Source: Sedimentisphaerales bacterium (lineage in GTDB: Bacteria; Planctomycetota; Phycisphaerae; Sedimentisphaerales; SM23-30). From it: a DNA stretch of 64,000 nt. The notes under the pieces were generated by a model. That model was not told where the DNA came from, did no database searches, and was given only the letters and a program-made list of their open reading frames with translations. Below, piece after piece: positions 50,473 to 60,371 of the stretch (position 1 is the first letter of the stretch; every line of letters starts with the position of its first letter). The position numbers and the translations under genes were made by a program. Location: the NCBI GenBank assembly GCA_963666285.1, contig OY762711.1. One strand, written 5' to 3'.

Positions 50473-53310
50473 ATGAAATTCAGGTTTTTAATTATAATGT
50501 GTGTATCGGTTGTAAATATAAGCTCTTATGGGAAAGTGCTATATACCGAAAACTATTCCGGGATAGGGGATTATGATAATGTAACAGCCAGGTTGGAAGA
50601 GGGGAGCCTGGATTATAAATATCATAAGGAGTCGGGAAACAGGCTTAAGATCATAGACAATGAAGCAGGTGTATCGTATAAGTTGGGAAATATGGTCGAT
50701 ACAAAGCAGATTGAAGCAGCGGGAGGTGAATTATATCTTAGCTTTAACATGAGATGTTTGTCGGGCAGCAATAAGGATAAGTATGCCGGAGTAGTATTTT
50801 ATAATAAATCAGGAGAAGAGGTATTTGGAATAGGAAATGACTGGCAGTCTGAATATTACAGTTTCTGGCAGCAGGGTGATCAGCCGCAAACAATAGGTGA
50901 TGTCCCGGTTTTGATCGATAATGACGTGCATATGATCGTAATGCGGGTAAAGTATAATCAGTCCGGAAAAGAGATGGTTTCGGTCTGGCTGGACCCACTT
51001 TGCCTGGTAACGGAGAAAGAACAATATAAACACATAATGACAGAATTCGAATGTGAACTGCATTTTAGTGAAATACGGCTGCGTTCCGGGAAAAAGGATA
51101 ATGTATGGGAGTTTGATGAGATTGTTTTTGGAACTACCTGGCCTGATGTAACAGATTTTGATAGAGCTCATGGTGAGAATATTAAAAAGATACTTGCCGG
51201 AACTGGTTCTTATGGCAAAAAAGAATTAGTAGGCGATGGTGTTGTTCGTTTTTGGCCGCAAGATTGTGATATTGCCAAGGTTCCACCATCGTTATTTTCA
51301 AATAAACCATTGAAGACGGGCGGGATGGTGCCTAGCAATAACGATGTTATACCTCGATTCGGAATTGTTGACGGCAAAAAGACAGCATATATTAGTCTAT
51401 CACCTTTATTCGATTTATACGGTACCGGTGAGGTTACCGGTTCGCTTTTGCGAAATAACTACAAGATTTCATTGTTTAATACGGACTGTTACGGTTATAA
51501 GATACCGGGCCAGCTGTATCAATCACATCCCTGGGTGTTAGGTGTTCGGCCAGACGGAAGTGCTTTTGGAGTGATTTTCGATTGTACCTGGAAAGCCGAG
51601 CTGAACTTGAGAAATGGAATACTCTTTACTACAGTAAAAGAGGCGAATGATTTTCCTGTTATAGTGATCGAAGGAGATTGTCCGCAAGACGTGCTGTTGA
51701 AGCTGGGAGATATTACGGGTACTATGCCAATGCCGCCGAGATGGGCACTAGGTTTCCAGCAGTGCAGGTATTCATATTACCCAGATGCGCGTGTACGCGA
51801 GGTGGTGGATACATTCCGCAGTAAGCGAATACCTTGTGATGTTCTCTGGTTTGATATCGATTATATGGATGGCTTCAGGATATTTACTTTTGATAAGAAT
51901 CATTTTCCTGATCCTGCAGACACAAACCGATATCTGCATAATCTTGGATTTAAAAGTGTCTGGATGATCGATCCTGGAGTGAAATATGATAAGGATTATT
52001 TTGTATATCAAAGTGGTACAGCAAATGATGTTTGGGTGAAGTCTGCCGGTGGAGAGCCGTTTGTCGGTCCGGTATGGCCGGGAGATTGTGTGTTTCCTGA
52101 CTTTACAATGCCGGCCACTCGTCAATGGTGGTCAGGATTGTATAAAGCTTTTATGGCTAAAGGAGTGGATGGTGTCTGGAATGATATGAATGAGCCATCT
52201 GTTTTTGATGAGAAACTGGAAGGGACAATGGCATTGGATTGTGTTCATCGCGGCGGTGATGGTTTGCCCAAAGGGGAGCATGTCCAGTATCATAATGTTT
52301 ACGGCATGCTTATGGTAAAAGCTTCTCGAGAAGGAATTTTGAAAGCGAACCCGGATAAACGTCCATTTATACTTTCACGGTCCAATTTTTTGGGTGGGCA
52401 TAGATATGCCGCTACCTGGACGGGTGATAATAAGGCAACCTGGGAGCATATGGAGATGTCAATTCCGATGACGTTGAACCTTGGTCTTTCGGGACAGCCG
52501 TTTAACGGTCCGGATATCGGAGGTTTTATAGGTGATGCGACTCCAGAGCTTTGGGGGAACTGGATATCTATCGGGGCGTATTTCCCATTTTCAAGGGCAC
52601 ATACCGCCATTGAAACCAGGAACCAGGAACCGTGGGCGTTTGGCAGTAAGACCGAGGATGCTTCGCGGGTAGCCCTGGAGCGTCGGTACCGTTTAATGCC
52701 GTATATTTATACCTTGTTCAGGGACTCTCATACAAGCGGCTTGCCTGTAATGAGGCCTGTATTTTTTGCAGATCCGGCAGACGGGGCATTGCGTCAGGAA
52801 GATGAAGCTTTTATGCTAGGAGAAGATTTACTGATTGTGCCGGCCTGGGCAAAGAGCCCGGCATTGCCGAAAGGTATCTGGCAATCATTTAAGCTTACAG
52901 CAACAACCGGTTTATCTGATGATTATCAGAGCACTTTGAAGATAAAGGGGGGGAGTATTGTTCCTGTCGGGCGTGTAGTTCAGTCGACCAGCGAGATAGG
53001 TGAAAATGAAAAGCTTACTTTAATAGTTGCCCTGGATAAAAACGGAAAAGCCAGCGGTAAATTGTATGAAGATGATGGCGAAGGTTTTTCATTTAGAAAT
53101 GGAGACTATTGTCTGTCGGGATTTTCAGCTGAACTTAAAGGCGGTAGAGTCTATGTAACTGTTTCAGGTATGGAAGGTGATAAAAAATATAATAGTCGTT
53201 TGGTATCTGTAGCGGTAATTGATGAGAATGGCGTTAGCAGCGGTTACGGTGATATTGTAGAAGGTGTAAATGTGGTGTTAGACCCGCATGATATTTGTAT
53301 ACCACAATAA
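50473..53310 (+). CDS. GH31 alpha-glucosidase with an extra N-terminal domain
   Basis: PPRWALGFQQCRYSY, DIDYM, WNDMNEP nucleophile, WTGDN, GPDIGGF, LYEDDG. Confidence 0.92.
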   Translation: MKFRFLIIMCVSVVNISSYGKVLYTENYSGIGDYDNVTARLEEGSLDYKYHKESGNRLKIIDNEAGVSYKLGNMVDTKQIEAAGGELYLSFNMRCLSGSNKDKYAGVVFYNKSGEEVFGIGNDWQSEYYSFWQQGDQPQTIGDVPVLIDNDVHMIVMRVKYNQSGKEMVSVWLDPLCLVTEKEQYKHIMTEFECELHFSEIRLRSGKKDNVWEFDEIVFGTTWPDVTDFDRAHGENIKKILAGTGSYGKKELVGDGVVRFWPQDCDIAKVPPSLFSNKPLKTGGMVPSNNDVIPRFGIVDGKKTAYISLSPLFDLYGTGEVTGSLLRNNYKISLFNTDCYGYKIPGQLYQSHPWVLGVRPDGSAFGVIFDCTWKAELNLRNGILFTTVKEANDFPVIVIEGDCPQDVLLKLGDITGTMPMPPRWALGFQQCRYSYYPDARVREVVDTFRSKRIPCDVLWFDIDYMDGFRIFTFDKNHFPDPADTNRYLHNLGFKSVWMIDPGVKYDKDYFVYQSGTANDVWVKSAGGEPFVGPVWPGDCVFPDFTMPATRQWWSGLYKAFMAKGVDGVWNDMNEPSVFDEKLEGTMALDCVHRGGDGLPKGEHVQYHNVYGMLMVKASREGILKANPDKRPFILSRSNFLGGHRYAATWTGDNKATWEHMEMSIPMTLNLGLSGQPFNGPDIGGFIGDATPELWGNWISIGAYFPFSRAHTAIETRNQEPWAFGSKTEDASRVALERRYRLMPYIYTLFRDSHTSGLPVMRPVFFADPADGALRQEDEAFMLGEDLLIVPAWAKSPALPKGIWQSFKLTATTGLSDDYQSTLKIKGGSIVPVGRVVQSTSEIGENEKLTLIVALDKNGKASGKLYEDDGEGFSFRNGDYCLSGFSAELKGGRVYVTVSGMEGDKKYNSRLVSVAVIDENGVSSGYGDIVEGVNVVLDPHDICIPQ

Positions 53311-53324
53311 AATATGAGGTTGAT

Positions 53325-55811
53325 ATGAAATTTGTTTTTTTTGTTTGTTTACTTTTTACTGCAATTAGTTTATTTGCTGACAGTTTCAGTGATGAAAAAA
53401 ATACCGCAGAAATTACTTTTTCAACAGCAGGCGATGTGCGTCAATACACGTTGAGAACAACGGCTGATCTGAGAGATAATCAGCCGGCGGATAAAACCAG
53501 GATATTTTCTGAGCAGAAGAATATGCCGTACCTGCGCAGCGGCAGTGTTATGTTTGACGGTCTTTATGCGATGGCCCTGGACGATGCCCGGTTAAATGCA
53601 GTGGATAAGATACGGGATGGCAGTTTTACGCCAACAGCTATGTTTGACCTGCCTTATTATCAAACCGGAGAGAAATGGACTCATGTATGGACGAGGGATG
53701 TTTCGTATGCCGTGGATCTGGGGCTTGCAACTTTAGATCAACAGCGTTGTATCAATTCACTCTTGTTTAAGACGGCATATCTGAAGCCGGGCATAACCGG
53801 TGGATTTTCCAGACAGATAGTTCAGGATACCGGTTCCGGGGGCAGCTACCCGGTTTCAACTGACAGGGTTGTCTGGGCATTTGCTGCTGAAGAGCTGTTG
53901 AAATACCTGGATGGTGCCGATAGGGAGAATTTTATAAATGATGCCTGGGAGATAATTAGAAATACTATTGAACATGACAGGGTAGTGATTTTTGACGAGA
54001 CAGATGGTTTGTACAGGGGCGAGCAGTCTTTTCTTGACTGGCGGGTACAGAGCTACCCGATAAGGACGGGAAAGGATGTGGTTCTTATTGCACAGTCAAA
54101 ATCACTATCTACTAATGTTGGTCATTACTGGTTAATAAAAACCGGAGCCAAGCTGGCAGCTTATAAAGAAATGGCAGGGTATGAGAAGAAATATCTTGCC
54201 TGGGCCGATAAGCTCAAGGGAGATATAAATAAAGCGTTCTATATGGAAGATGAAGGTCAGTACAGTTCGCTGCTTTTGGAAGATTATTATCCTGTGAAGG
54301 TGAAAAGATATGATACTCTTGGCCAGTCACTTGCGATAATATATGGTGTTGCTGATGAAGGACAGGCGTCTCGAATTATCTCGAATTACCCGCATGGCAA
54401 ATATGGTCCAGCAGTTATCTGGCCGCAGGATAAAAATGTTCCAATATATCATAACCAGGGGATATGGCCTTTTGTTACTGCATACTGGCTGAAAGCAGCC
54501 AAGCAGGTCGGTAATTCAGATTCAGTTGAATTGTCAATGTATTCACTGGTTCGAGGGGCAGCTTTGAACTTGTCTAATATGGAGAATTTTGACTTTGTAA
54601 CCGGGAGAGCTTATGCGAAATCCAATGGAATAGAAGGGCCGGTAATTAATTCACAAAGGCAGCTCTGGTCAGTTGCCGGATATATATCGATGGTGCAGGA
54701 TGTATTATTTGGAATGGAAACCAGTTGGGATGGTATCAAATTTTTGCCATTTGTCACTCCGAATATGCGTTCTGATTATTTCGATGGCAGTAATATACTT
54801 GAGTTGAATAATATAAATTATCATGGTAAAAAGATAACGGTAAAGATTTATTTACCAAAGGTGCAATCAAATCTTAATGTTAAATATTTAATAGATAAGA
54901 TTGTGCTGAATGGAAAAGAGATTGATGATGATTATGTTTCTAACGCTGTCCTTGAAAAAAGCAATAAATGGGAAATCTATTTGAAGGGGAGTAAAAAAGA
55001 AAGAAAATACAGTGTTAAACTGCTTGAAAAATATAGCGGCTCAGCAATATTTGGTCCAGAGGAGCCAGGCTTGCAGTTGAAACAGGTGCCTGGAAAGCCC
55101 GAATTGATTATCAGTTCCGATGAAGCCGGAGAAGCTTGCTTTAGGATTTATAAGAATGGCAGGCTTGCTAAAGATAAAATAAACTCAAATACCTGGAAGG
55201 ATAAAGCCGATAGTTTTGATTCGGGAGCAGTATTTTATGCAGCTGAGGCGGAATGTCGTGAAAGTGGCAATGTTTCATTTATAACAAGTACTAAGCCGAT
55301 ATTTGAGCCAGGTGATTATTATGAATTAACAGCAGCCAATATGAAAAATACCGGTGGTAATCTTGTTGGTAATCATCATTTTGAAAACTGGGGTCTGACC
55401 TGGCATACATTAGAGATTGACACCTTAAAAATCGATAAGGATGGAGATTATTTTGTTAATGTTGAATATTCAAATGGGTCAGGCCAGATATATACGGGTG
55501 TGACTTGTGCGGTCAAGCGAATCGATATTATTGATGCAGCTACAGGCAGCTTAGTTAAGAGTTCGTACCTGATTATGCCAGAAACTGAACCTGATGACGG
55601 AAGCAGTAGCGGCTGGGAGGTATATAGAGATTCGACCAGGTTTGTCGTTTCTTTACATGCAGGTACTGTTTATAAGGTGCTTATATCTGAGGATGAAAAA
55701 GCACGAAATATGAGCTATTTTGATCATTACATCCCTTACAAACGTACCGGCGGCGGAGAAAAACCATATAACTATGTAAATATCTCAAAACTGAAGTTAT
55801 TGAGAAAATAG
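53325..55811 (+). CDS. Secreted six-hairpin glycosidase-like protein with C-terminal CBM-like domain
   Basis: TGEKW..WTRD, QDTGSGGSYPVSTD, GEQSFLDWR, YHNQGIWPFV, NMENF, QLWS. Confidence 0.72.
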   Translation: MKFVFFVCLLFTAISLFADSFSDEKNTAEITFSTAGDVRQYTLRTTADLRDNQPADKTRIFSEQKNMPYLRSGSVMFDGLYAMALDDARLNAVDKIRDGSFTPTAMFDLPYYQTGEKWTHVWTRDVSYAVDLGLATLDQQRCINSLLFKTAYLKPGITGGFSRQIVQDTGSGGSYPVSTDRVVWAFAAEELLKYLDGADRENFINDAWEIIRNTIEHDRVVIFDETDGLYRGEQSFLDWRVQSYPIRTGKDVVLIAQSKSLSTNVGHYWLIKTGAKLAAYKEMAGYEKKYLAWADKLKGDINKAFYMEDEGQYSSLLLEDYYPVKVKRYDTLGQSLAIIYGVADEGQASRIISNYPHGKYGPAVIWPQDKNVPIYHNQGIWPFVTAYWLKAAKQVGNSDSVELSMYSLVRGAALNLSNMENFDFVTGRAYAKSNGIEGPVINSQRQLWSVAGYISMVQDVLFGMETSWDGIKFLPFVTPNMRSDYFDGSNILELNNINYHGKKITVKIYLPKVQSNLNVKYLIDKIVLNGKEIDDDYVSNAVLEKSNKWEIYLKGSKKERKYSVKLLEKYSGSAIFGPEEPGLQLKQVPGKPELIISSDEAGEACFRIYKNGRLAKDKINSNTWKDKADSFDSGAVFYAAEAECRESGNVSFITSTKPIFEPGDYYELTAANMKNTGGNLVGNHHFENWGLTWHTLEIDTLKIDKDGDYFVNVEYSNGSGQIYTGVTCAVKRIDIIDAATGSLVKSSYLIMPETEPDDGSSSGWEVYRDSTRFVVSLHAGTVYKVLISEDEKARNMSYFDHYIPYKRTGGGEKPYNYVNISKLKLLRK

Positions 55812-55831
55812 TTCTAAAGGAGAAAATCTGT

Positions 55832-56959
55832 TTATGGCAGATAGTCCAATAGAGCCCTGTTGTTTTTCTGGGTTTTAATAGCCTTGATAAGCATTTCGAT
55901 ATCCTGGCCCGGTGCCATGCCGCTGAGATGTCTTCTAAGCCGGTGGAGTTTGTCCAGATCTTGTTCCTTGATGAGAAGTTCTTCTTTCCTGGTACCAGAC
56001 TCACCCAGGTTTATGGCTGGATAGATTCGCATATTTGCCAGGTTTCTATCAAGGACGAGCTCCATATTACCAGTACCTTTGAATTCGTTAAAGATAACTT
56101 CGTCCATACGGCTGCCGGTTTCGATAAGAGCTGTGGCGATTACGGTAAGAGAACCGCCATTCTCGATATTTCTGGCAACACCGAAAAGTCTTTTCGGTAT
56201 TTGCAATGCACCGGCATCGATACCACCCGACATAACACGACCAGTTTGCATGCCGGATTTATTCCAGTTATTATAAGCACGGCCCAAACGAGTAAGTGAA
56301 TCAAGCAAAACAACAACATCTTTGCCTTTTTCAAGCAATCTTTGGGCACGGGCAAATCCAAGTCTACCCATACGAACATGACTTTCAACCAGTTTGTCAT
56401 TTGAGGAAGCAAAGAATGTCGCTTCAAATGAACGAGTCATATCGGTAACTTCTTCCGGGCGTTCGTCAATCAGCATTCCGATAAGTTCAGTGTCGGGATG
56501 ATTTGTTTTGATAGCATGAGCCATTTGCTGAAGAATAATAGTTTTACCGGTTCGAGGAGGAGCAACAAGCAGAGCTCGCTGGCCTTTACCTATCGGGGTA
56601 AACAGGTCAATGATTCTTGTTGTATAGACATTTGAATCAGTTTCCATTACCAATTGCTCTCGTGGATCGATAGCAGTAAGTTCCTCAAATTTTGGGATAT
56701 AATGGTACTCATTTAAGCTCAGACCATCTACCGACAGGATTTTGTCAACTTGTGGAGTAGGTCCTTTTTTCTTTTTGAACGTAGCGGTAATATACTGCCC
56801 TTCGCGAAGGTATTGGTCCTGAATGATATTTCTGGATAAAAATGCATCAGTACCTGTAGCCGACCAGAATGGCGGTTTTTTTCTAAGGAATCCGCCTTTA
56901 CCTTGAACCAATTCCAATAATCCTTCAACTGTTTTGCTGTTTTTTTGTTCTTCTGTCAT
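55832..56959 (-). CDS. rho: Transcription termination factor Rho (short form)
   Basis: [70 protein letters not shown]. Confidence 0.95.
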   Translation of the reverse strand: MTEEQKNSKTVEGLLELVQGKGGFLRKKPPFWSATGTDAFLSRNIIQDQYLREGQYITATFKKKKGPTPQVDKILSVDGLSLNEYHYIPKFEELTAIDPREQLVMETDSNVYTTRIIDLFTPIGKGQRALLVAPPRTGKTIILQQMAHAIKTNHPDTELIGMLIDERPEEVTDMTRSFEATFFASSNDKLVESHVRMGRLGFARAQRLLEKGKDVVVLLDSLTRLGRAYNNWNKSGMQTGRVMSGGIDAGALQIPKRLFGVARNIENGGSLTVIATALIETGSRMDEVIFNEFKGTGNMELVLDRNLANMRIYPAINLGESGTRKEELLIKEQDLDKLHRLRRHLSGMAPGQDIEMLIKAIKTQKNNRALLDYLP

Positions 56960-57397
56960 GCTCCACCAAATATTAGGGACTTCTTCTGTGCTTGCTGGCT
57001 GGAAGTTCTTAAGTAAACAGGTATATTTAATAATTGAATATATACCTTATAAATGTGCGGCAAAAGTCCGTTATTTAGCTTAAGTTGTTAAAAATAAGCT
57101 ACTTACGTGTATTTATCTCTCTATCTTAATGACGGACATATTAAATTGTGATTGTTATCACAATGGTTTAGCCAGGAAAAACTTTGGGGTAATACATATC
57201 GGTATCAAAAAACCGAAATATTGGGCAGCCCACAATGCTGCACTATTCCTGGTCCGACCTGTTCAGCAAGTTTAATTATATTAGAAAATGCTGAAAAAAG
57301 AAATATTTTTTTGATTTTCACAGGGAAAAATGAAAAATAAACTCTTTGTAAGTTTGTATATATATACTTAACCGGCATAAAAAGAAAGATAATTATA

Positions 57398-57598
57398 ATG
57401 ATAAATATTATGTTAAATGGAGAACCGCAAGAGCTTTCTGAGGGTATTGATGTCAGTAAGCTTTTGCAAGACCTGAAGATAACAGTACCATGTGCCGTAG
57501 AAATGAACAAGAAAGTGGTGCCGAAAGCTTTGCATTCGGCCACAATTATCAGCGATGGAGATGTTATAGAAATAGTTACTATTGTAGGTGGCGGTTGA
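57398..57598 (+). CDS. thiS: Sulfur carrier protein ThiS
   Basis: 66 aa ending IEIVTIVGGG; adjacent to thiG. Confidence 0.92.
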   Translation: MINIMLNGEPQELSEGIDVSKLLQDLKITVPCAVEMNKKVVPKALHSATIISDGDVIEIVTIVGGG

Positions 57599-57678
57599 GT
57601 AGAAAGTTAATAAAATTGTTTTTACGCATAAATAATAATAACAGCATATATGTTGCTAAATGAAAGGTGTTAATAGAA

Positions 57679-58464
57679 ATGGCAAATTTTAGTGAGCCTT
57701 TGAAGTTGGGTCCATATGAATTTAACAGTCGGTTGTTTGTAGGAACCGGTAAGTATGAGACATTTGAGCTAATGCAGGAAGCCCTTGAAGCTTCCGGTTG
57801 TGAAGTAGTTACTGTAGCGGTCCGTCGTGAGCGTTTATATGATAAACAGGAGCGGAATATCCTGGATTTTCTAGACCGCAGCAAATATACCCTCTTACCT
57901 AATACAGCCGGCTGCTTTAATGCCGAAGATGCTATTCGCACCGCTTTGCTAGGTAGGGAACTATTAGATATTGAATGGGTGAAACTGGAAGTTCTGGCAG
58001 ATACCAAGACTTTGCTGCCAGACCCGTTAGGAACTCTAGAAGCAACAGAGAAGCTGGTCAAGGAAGGTATGACCGTACTGGTTTATACCAATGATGATCC
58101 GGTGATGGCCAAGAGACTTGAAGAAGTCGGTGCCACCAGTGTTATGCCAGCTGCAGCGCCTATCGGATCAGGCCAGGGTGTATTGAATGCCAATAATATC
58201 AAAATAATTCTTGAGCGTGCCAATGTGCCGATTATCGTTGATGCAGGTGTTGGAACAGCCAGCGATGTGACAGTTGCCATGGAACTTGGTGCCGAAGGTG
58301 TTTTGCTTAATACCGGAATTGCATCAGCAAAAGATCCTGTTCGTATGGCGGTTGCTATGAAGCATGCAATGGAAGCCGGGAGACTGGCAGCGAAGGCCGG
58401 TCGTATACCTCGTAAACTGTACGCGACAGCATCAACGACAATGGAAGGCAGGATTAACGCATAG
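57679..58464 (+). CDS. thiG: Thiazole synthase
   Basis: [40 protein letters not shown]. Confidence 0.96.
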   Translation: MANFSEPLKLGPYEFNSRLFVGTGKYETFELMQEALEASGCEVVTVAVRRERLYDKQERNILDFLDRSKYTLLPNTAGCFNAEDAIRTALLGRELLDIEWVKLEVLADTKTLLPDPLGTLEATEKLVKEGMTVLVYTNDDPVMAKRLEEVGATSVMPAAAPIGSGQGVLNANNIKIILERANVPIIVDAGVGTASDVTVAMELGAEGVLLNTGIASAKDPVRMAVAMKHAMEAGRLAAKAGRIPRKLYATASTTMEGRINA

Positions 58465-58487
58465 AGTATGCTCCTGAAGAGATTTTA

Positions 58488-59714
58488 TTGAGCAAAATAG
58501 TACATATAATAACACGTTTGATTCTTGGCGGCGCTCAGGAGAATACCCTATTTACTTGTGAAGGTCAGCATGCAGCAGGACATGATGTGACTCTGATTTC
58601 GGGTCCGACCTATGGTCCCGAAGGTCAGATGCTGGATAGAGTAAAAGCCGGCGGATACCGGTTTATTGAAATTCCAGAGTTGTTGCGTGACCCGGTCCCG
58701 CTGAAAGATTTGAAATGTTTGATGAAGCTGAAGAAAGTATTGTCTGAGCTTGATGCCGATATAGTGCATACCCATTCGGCAAAAGCCGGGGTAATTGGCA
58801 GGGTGGCAGCCGGCCAGTTGCGTCGGAAATCTCTTGATTCCTGCTGCGGTCGAGTAAGTAAGTTTCTTGAAGCCCAGGCAGCGTGTAAACGCCCGCATCC
58901 GCTTATTGTTCATACCTGGCATGGAATGCCGTTTAATGATTTTCAGCCGGCAATCAAAAGGAAGCTTTCGATTCGGCTTGAAAAATGGGCGGCAAAATAT
59001 ACCGATGCCTTTATCAGTGTAGCAAATTCGATGAGCCAGCAGGCTATAGCAGCCGGGCTGGGCAGTCCGGAAATGTATACCAGGGTATTTTCTGGCATGA
59101 TTTTGAAAGACTATATAAATCGGCCTTCCGATAATGATATTGCAGCTATAAGAGATAAATATAATATTCCCCAAGATGCGGTGGTAGCTATTACCGTTGC
59201 ACGAATATCTAAAATCAAGCATCATGAATACATAATAGAGTCGGCAAAGACTCTTGCAAAGGAATTTCCAAATGTTCGATGGATGTTTGTTGGTGATGGT
59301 AATGTTTTTGACCAGCAAAAGGCCCTGATAGAAAAGTATGGTTTAGAAGACAGGTTTATCCTCACCGGCATCGTGCCGCCGGAAGAAGTTGGGCTATATA
59401 TTCATGCCGCTGATCTGCTGGTTCATACATCATTTTTGGAGGGTCTGCCTCGTGCGGTGCCGCAGGTTATGCTGGCAAAGAAGCCGGCGATAGCTTTTGA
59501 TGTTGATGGAACGAGCGAGGTGATAAACGAGAATACCGGAATTCTGGTAAAGCCAAGAGATATGGATGGTCTTATACAGGCCCAGAGAAAGTTGTTTGCT
59601 GATGCCGGTTTGCGAAAGCGAATGGGACAGGCCGGTTATGACTATTGCAGTAAAGAGTTTGGCCATGATATTATGGTTGACAGGATTCAGAAAGTCTATG
59701 ACAGGTATCTATGA
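58488..59714 (+). CDS. Glycosyltransferase family 4
   Basis: ITRLILGGAQEN, VHTHSAKAG, VARISKIKHH, EGLPR. Confidence 0.9.
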   Translation: MSKIVHIITRLILGGAQENTLFTCEGQHAAGHDVTLISGPTYGPEGQMLDRVKAGGYRFIEIPELLRDPVPLKDLKCLMKLKKVLSELDADIVHTHSAKAGVIGRVAAGQLRRKSLDSCCGRVSKFLEAQAACKRPHPLIVHTWHGMPFNDFQPAIKRKLSIRLEKWAAKYTDAFISVANSMSQQAIAAGLGSPEMYTRVFSGMILKDYINRPSDNDIAAIRDKYNIPQDAVVAITVARISKIKHHEYIIESAKTLAKEFPNVRWMFVGDGNVFDQQKALIEKYGLEDRFILTGIVPPEEVGLYIHAADLLVHTSFLEGLPRAVPQVMLAKKPAIAFDVDGTSEVINENTGILVKPRDMDGLIQAQRKLFADAGLRKRMGQAGYDYCSKEFGHDIMVDRIQKVYDRYL

Positions 59715-60367
59715 TTTTGAATGAATTACAACTTATAATTGATCCTCCGCAGAGCGGCAGTATTAATATGGCAGTTGACCAGGACATACTCAATGCAGTT
59801 GATGCCGGAGAATCCGGTCCGGTTTTGCGTTTTTATCGCTGGAATGAGCCGACGATCTCGCTTGGTTACTTCCAGAAAGATATTGAGTTGGAAGAACTGG
59901 ATAGTCAGCTGCAGGCATTGCCAGTTGTAAGAAGGATTACCGGTGGCGGCGCTATTCTGCATGATAAAGAGCTGACATATTCGCTGGTTTTGCCTTTGGA
60001 GAGAGCATTGGTTGGCGGTAATGTAAATGATCTATACAGCCTTGTACATGATATCATGATAGAGCTGTTTATCCAGTCAGGTATAAAGGCATCATATCGC
60101 GGTTTTACAGATCCAGGCAATTCCCAGCGTGGCCCTTTTTTTTGTTTTGCCAGGAATCACAGCCTTGATATTGTAACACCTGACGGGAAACTGCTTGGCA
60201 GTGCTCAGCGTCGTTTGAGAAATGCGGTTTTGCAGCATGGTTCGCTTATATTGGAGAAGCGATTTTCTCAGCAGCCGGGGGCATGTACCGGAGCCGACTT
60301 TGATTGCGGTGGTTTTGTAAATGGTTTATATGCCGAGCTGAAAAATAAGCTAAATCTAAACGGTTGA
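59711..60367 (+). CDS. Lipoate-protein ligase family protein (LplA/LipM-like)
   Basis: NMAVD, LRFYRW..TISLG, VRRITGGGAILH, KLLGSAQ, LQHGS. Confidence 0.88.
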   Translation: MILNELQLIIDPPQSGSINMAVDQDILNAVDAGESGPVLRFYRWNEPTISLGYFQKDIELEELDSQLQALPVVRRITGGGAILHDKELTYSLVLPLERALVGGNVNDLYSLVHDIMIELFIQSGIKASYRGFTDPGNSQRGPFFCFARNHSLDIVTPDGKLLGSAQRRLRNAVLQHGSLILEKRFSQQPGACTGADFDCGGFVNGLYAELKNKLNLNG

Positions 60368-60371
60368 AAAT

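Noticed and set aside
57000..57400. TPP riboswitch before thiS/thiG, or SRP RNA on the minus strand
   Set aside because: No CTGAGA/ACCTGA TPP core; the CAGG..GCAGC segment lacks the SRP GNRA-capped helix.
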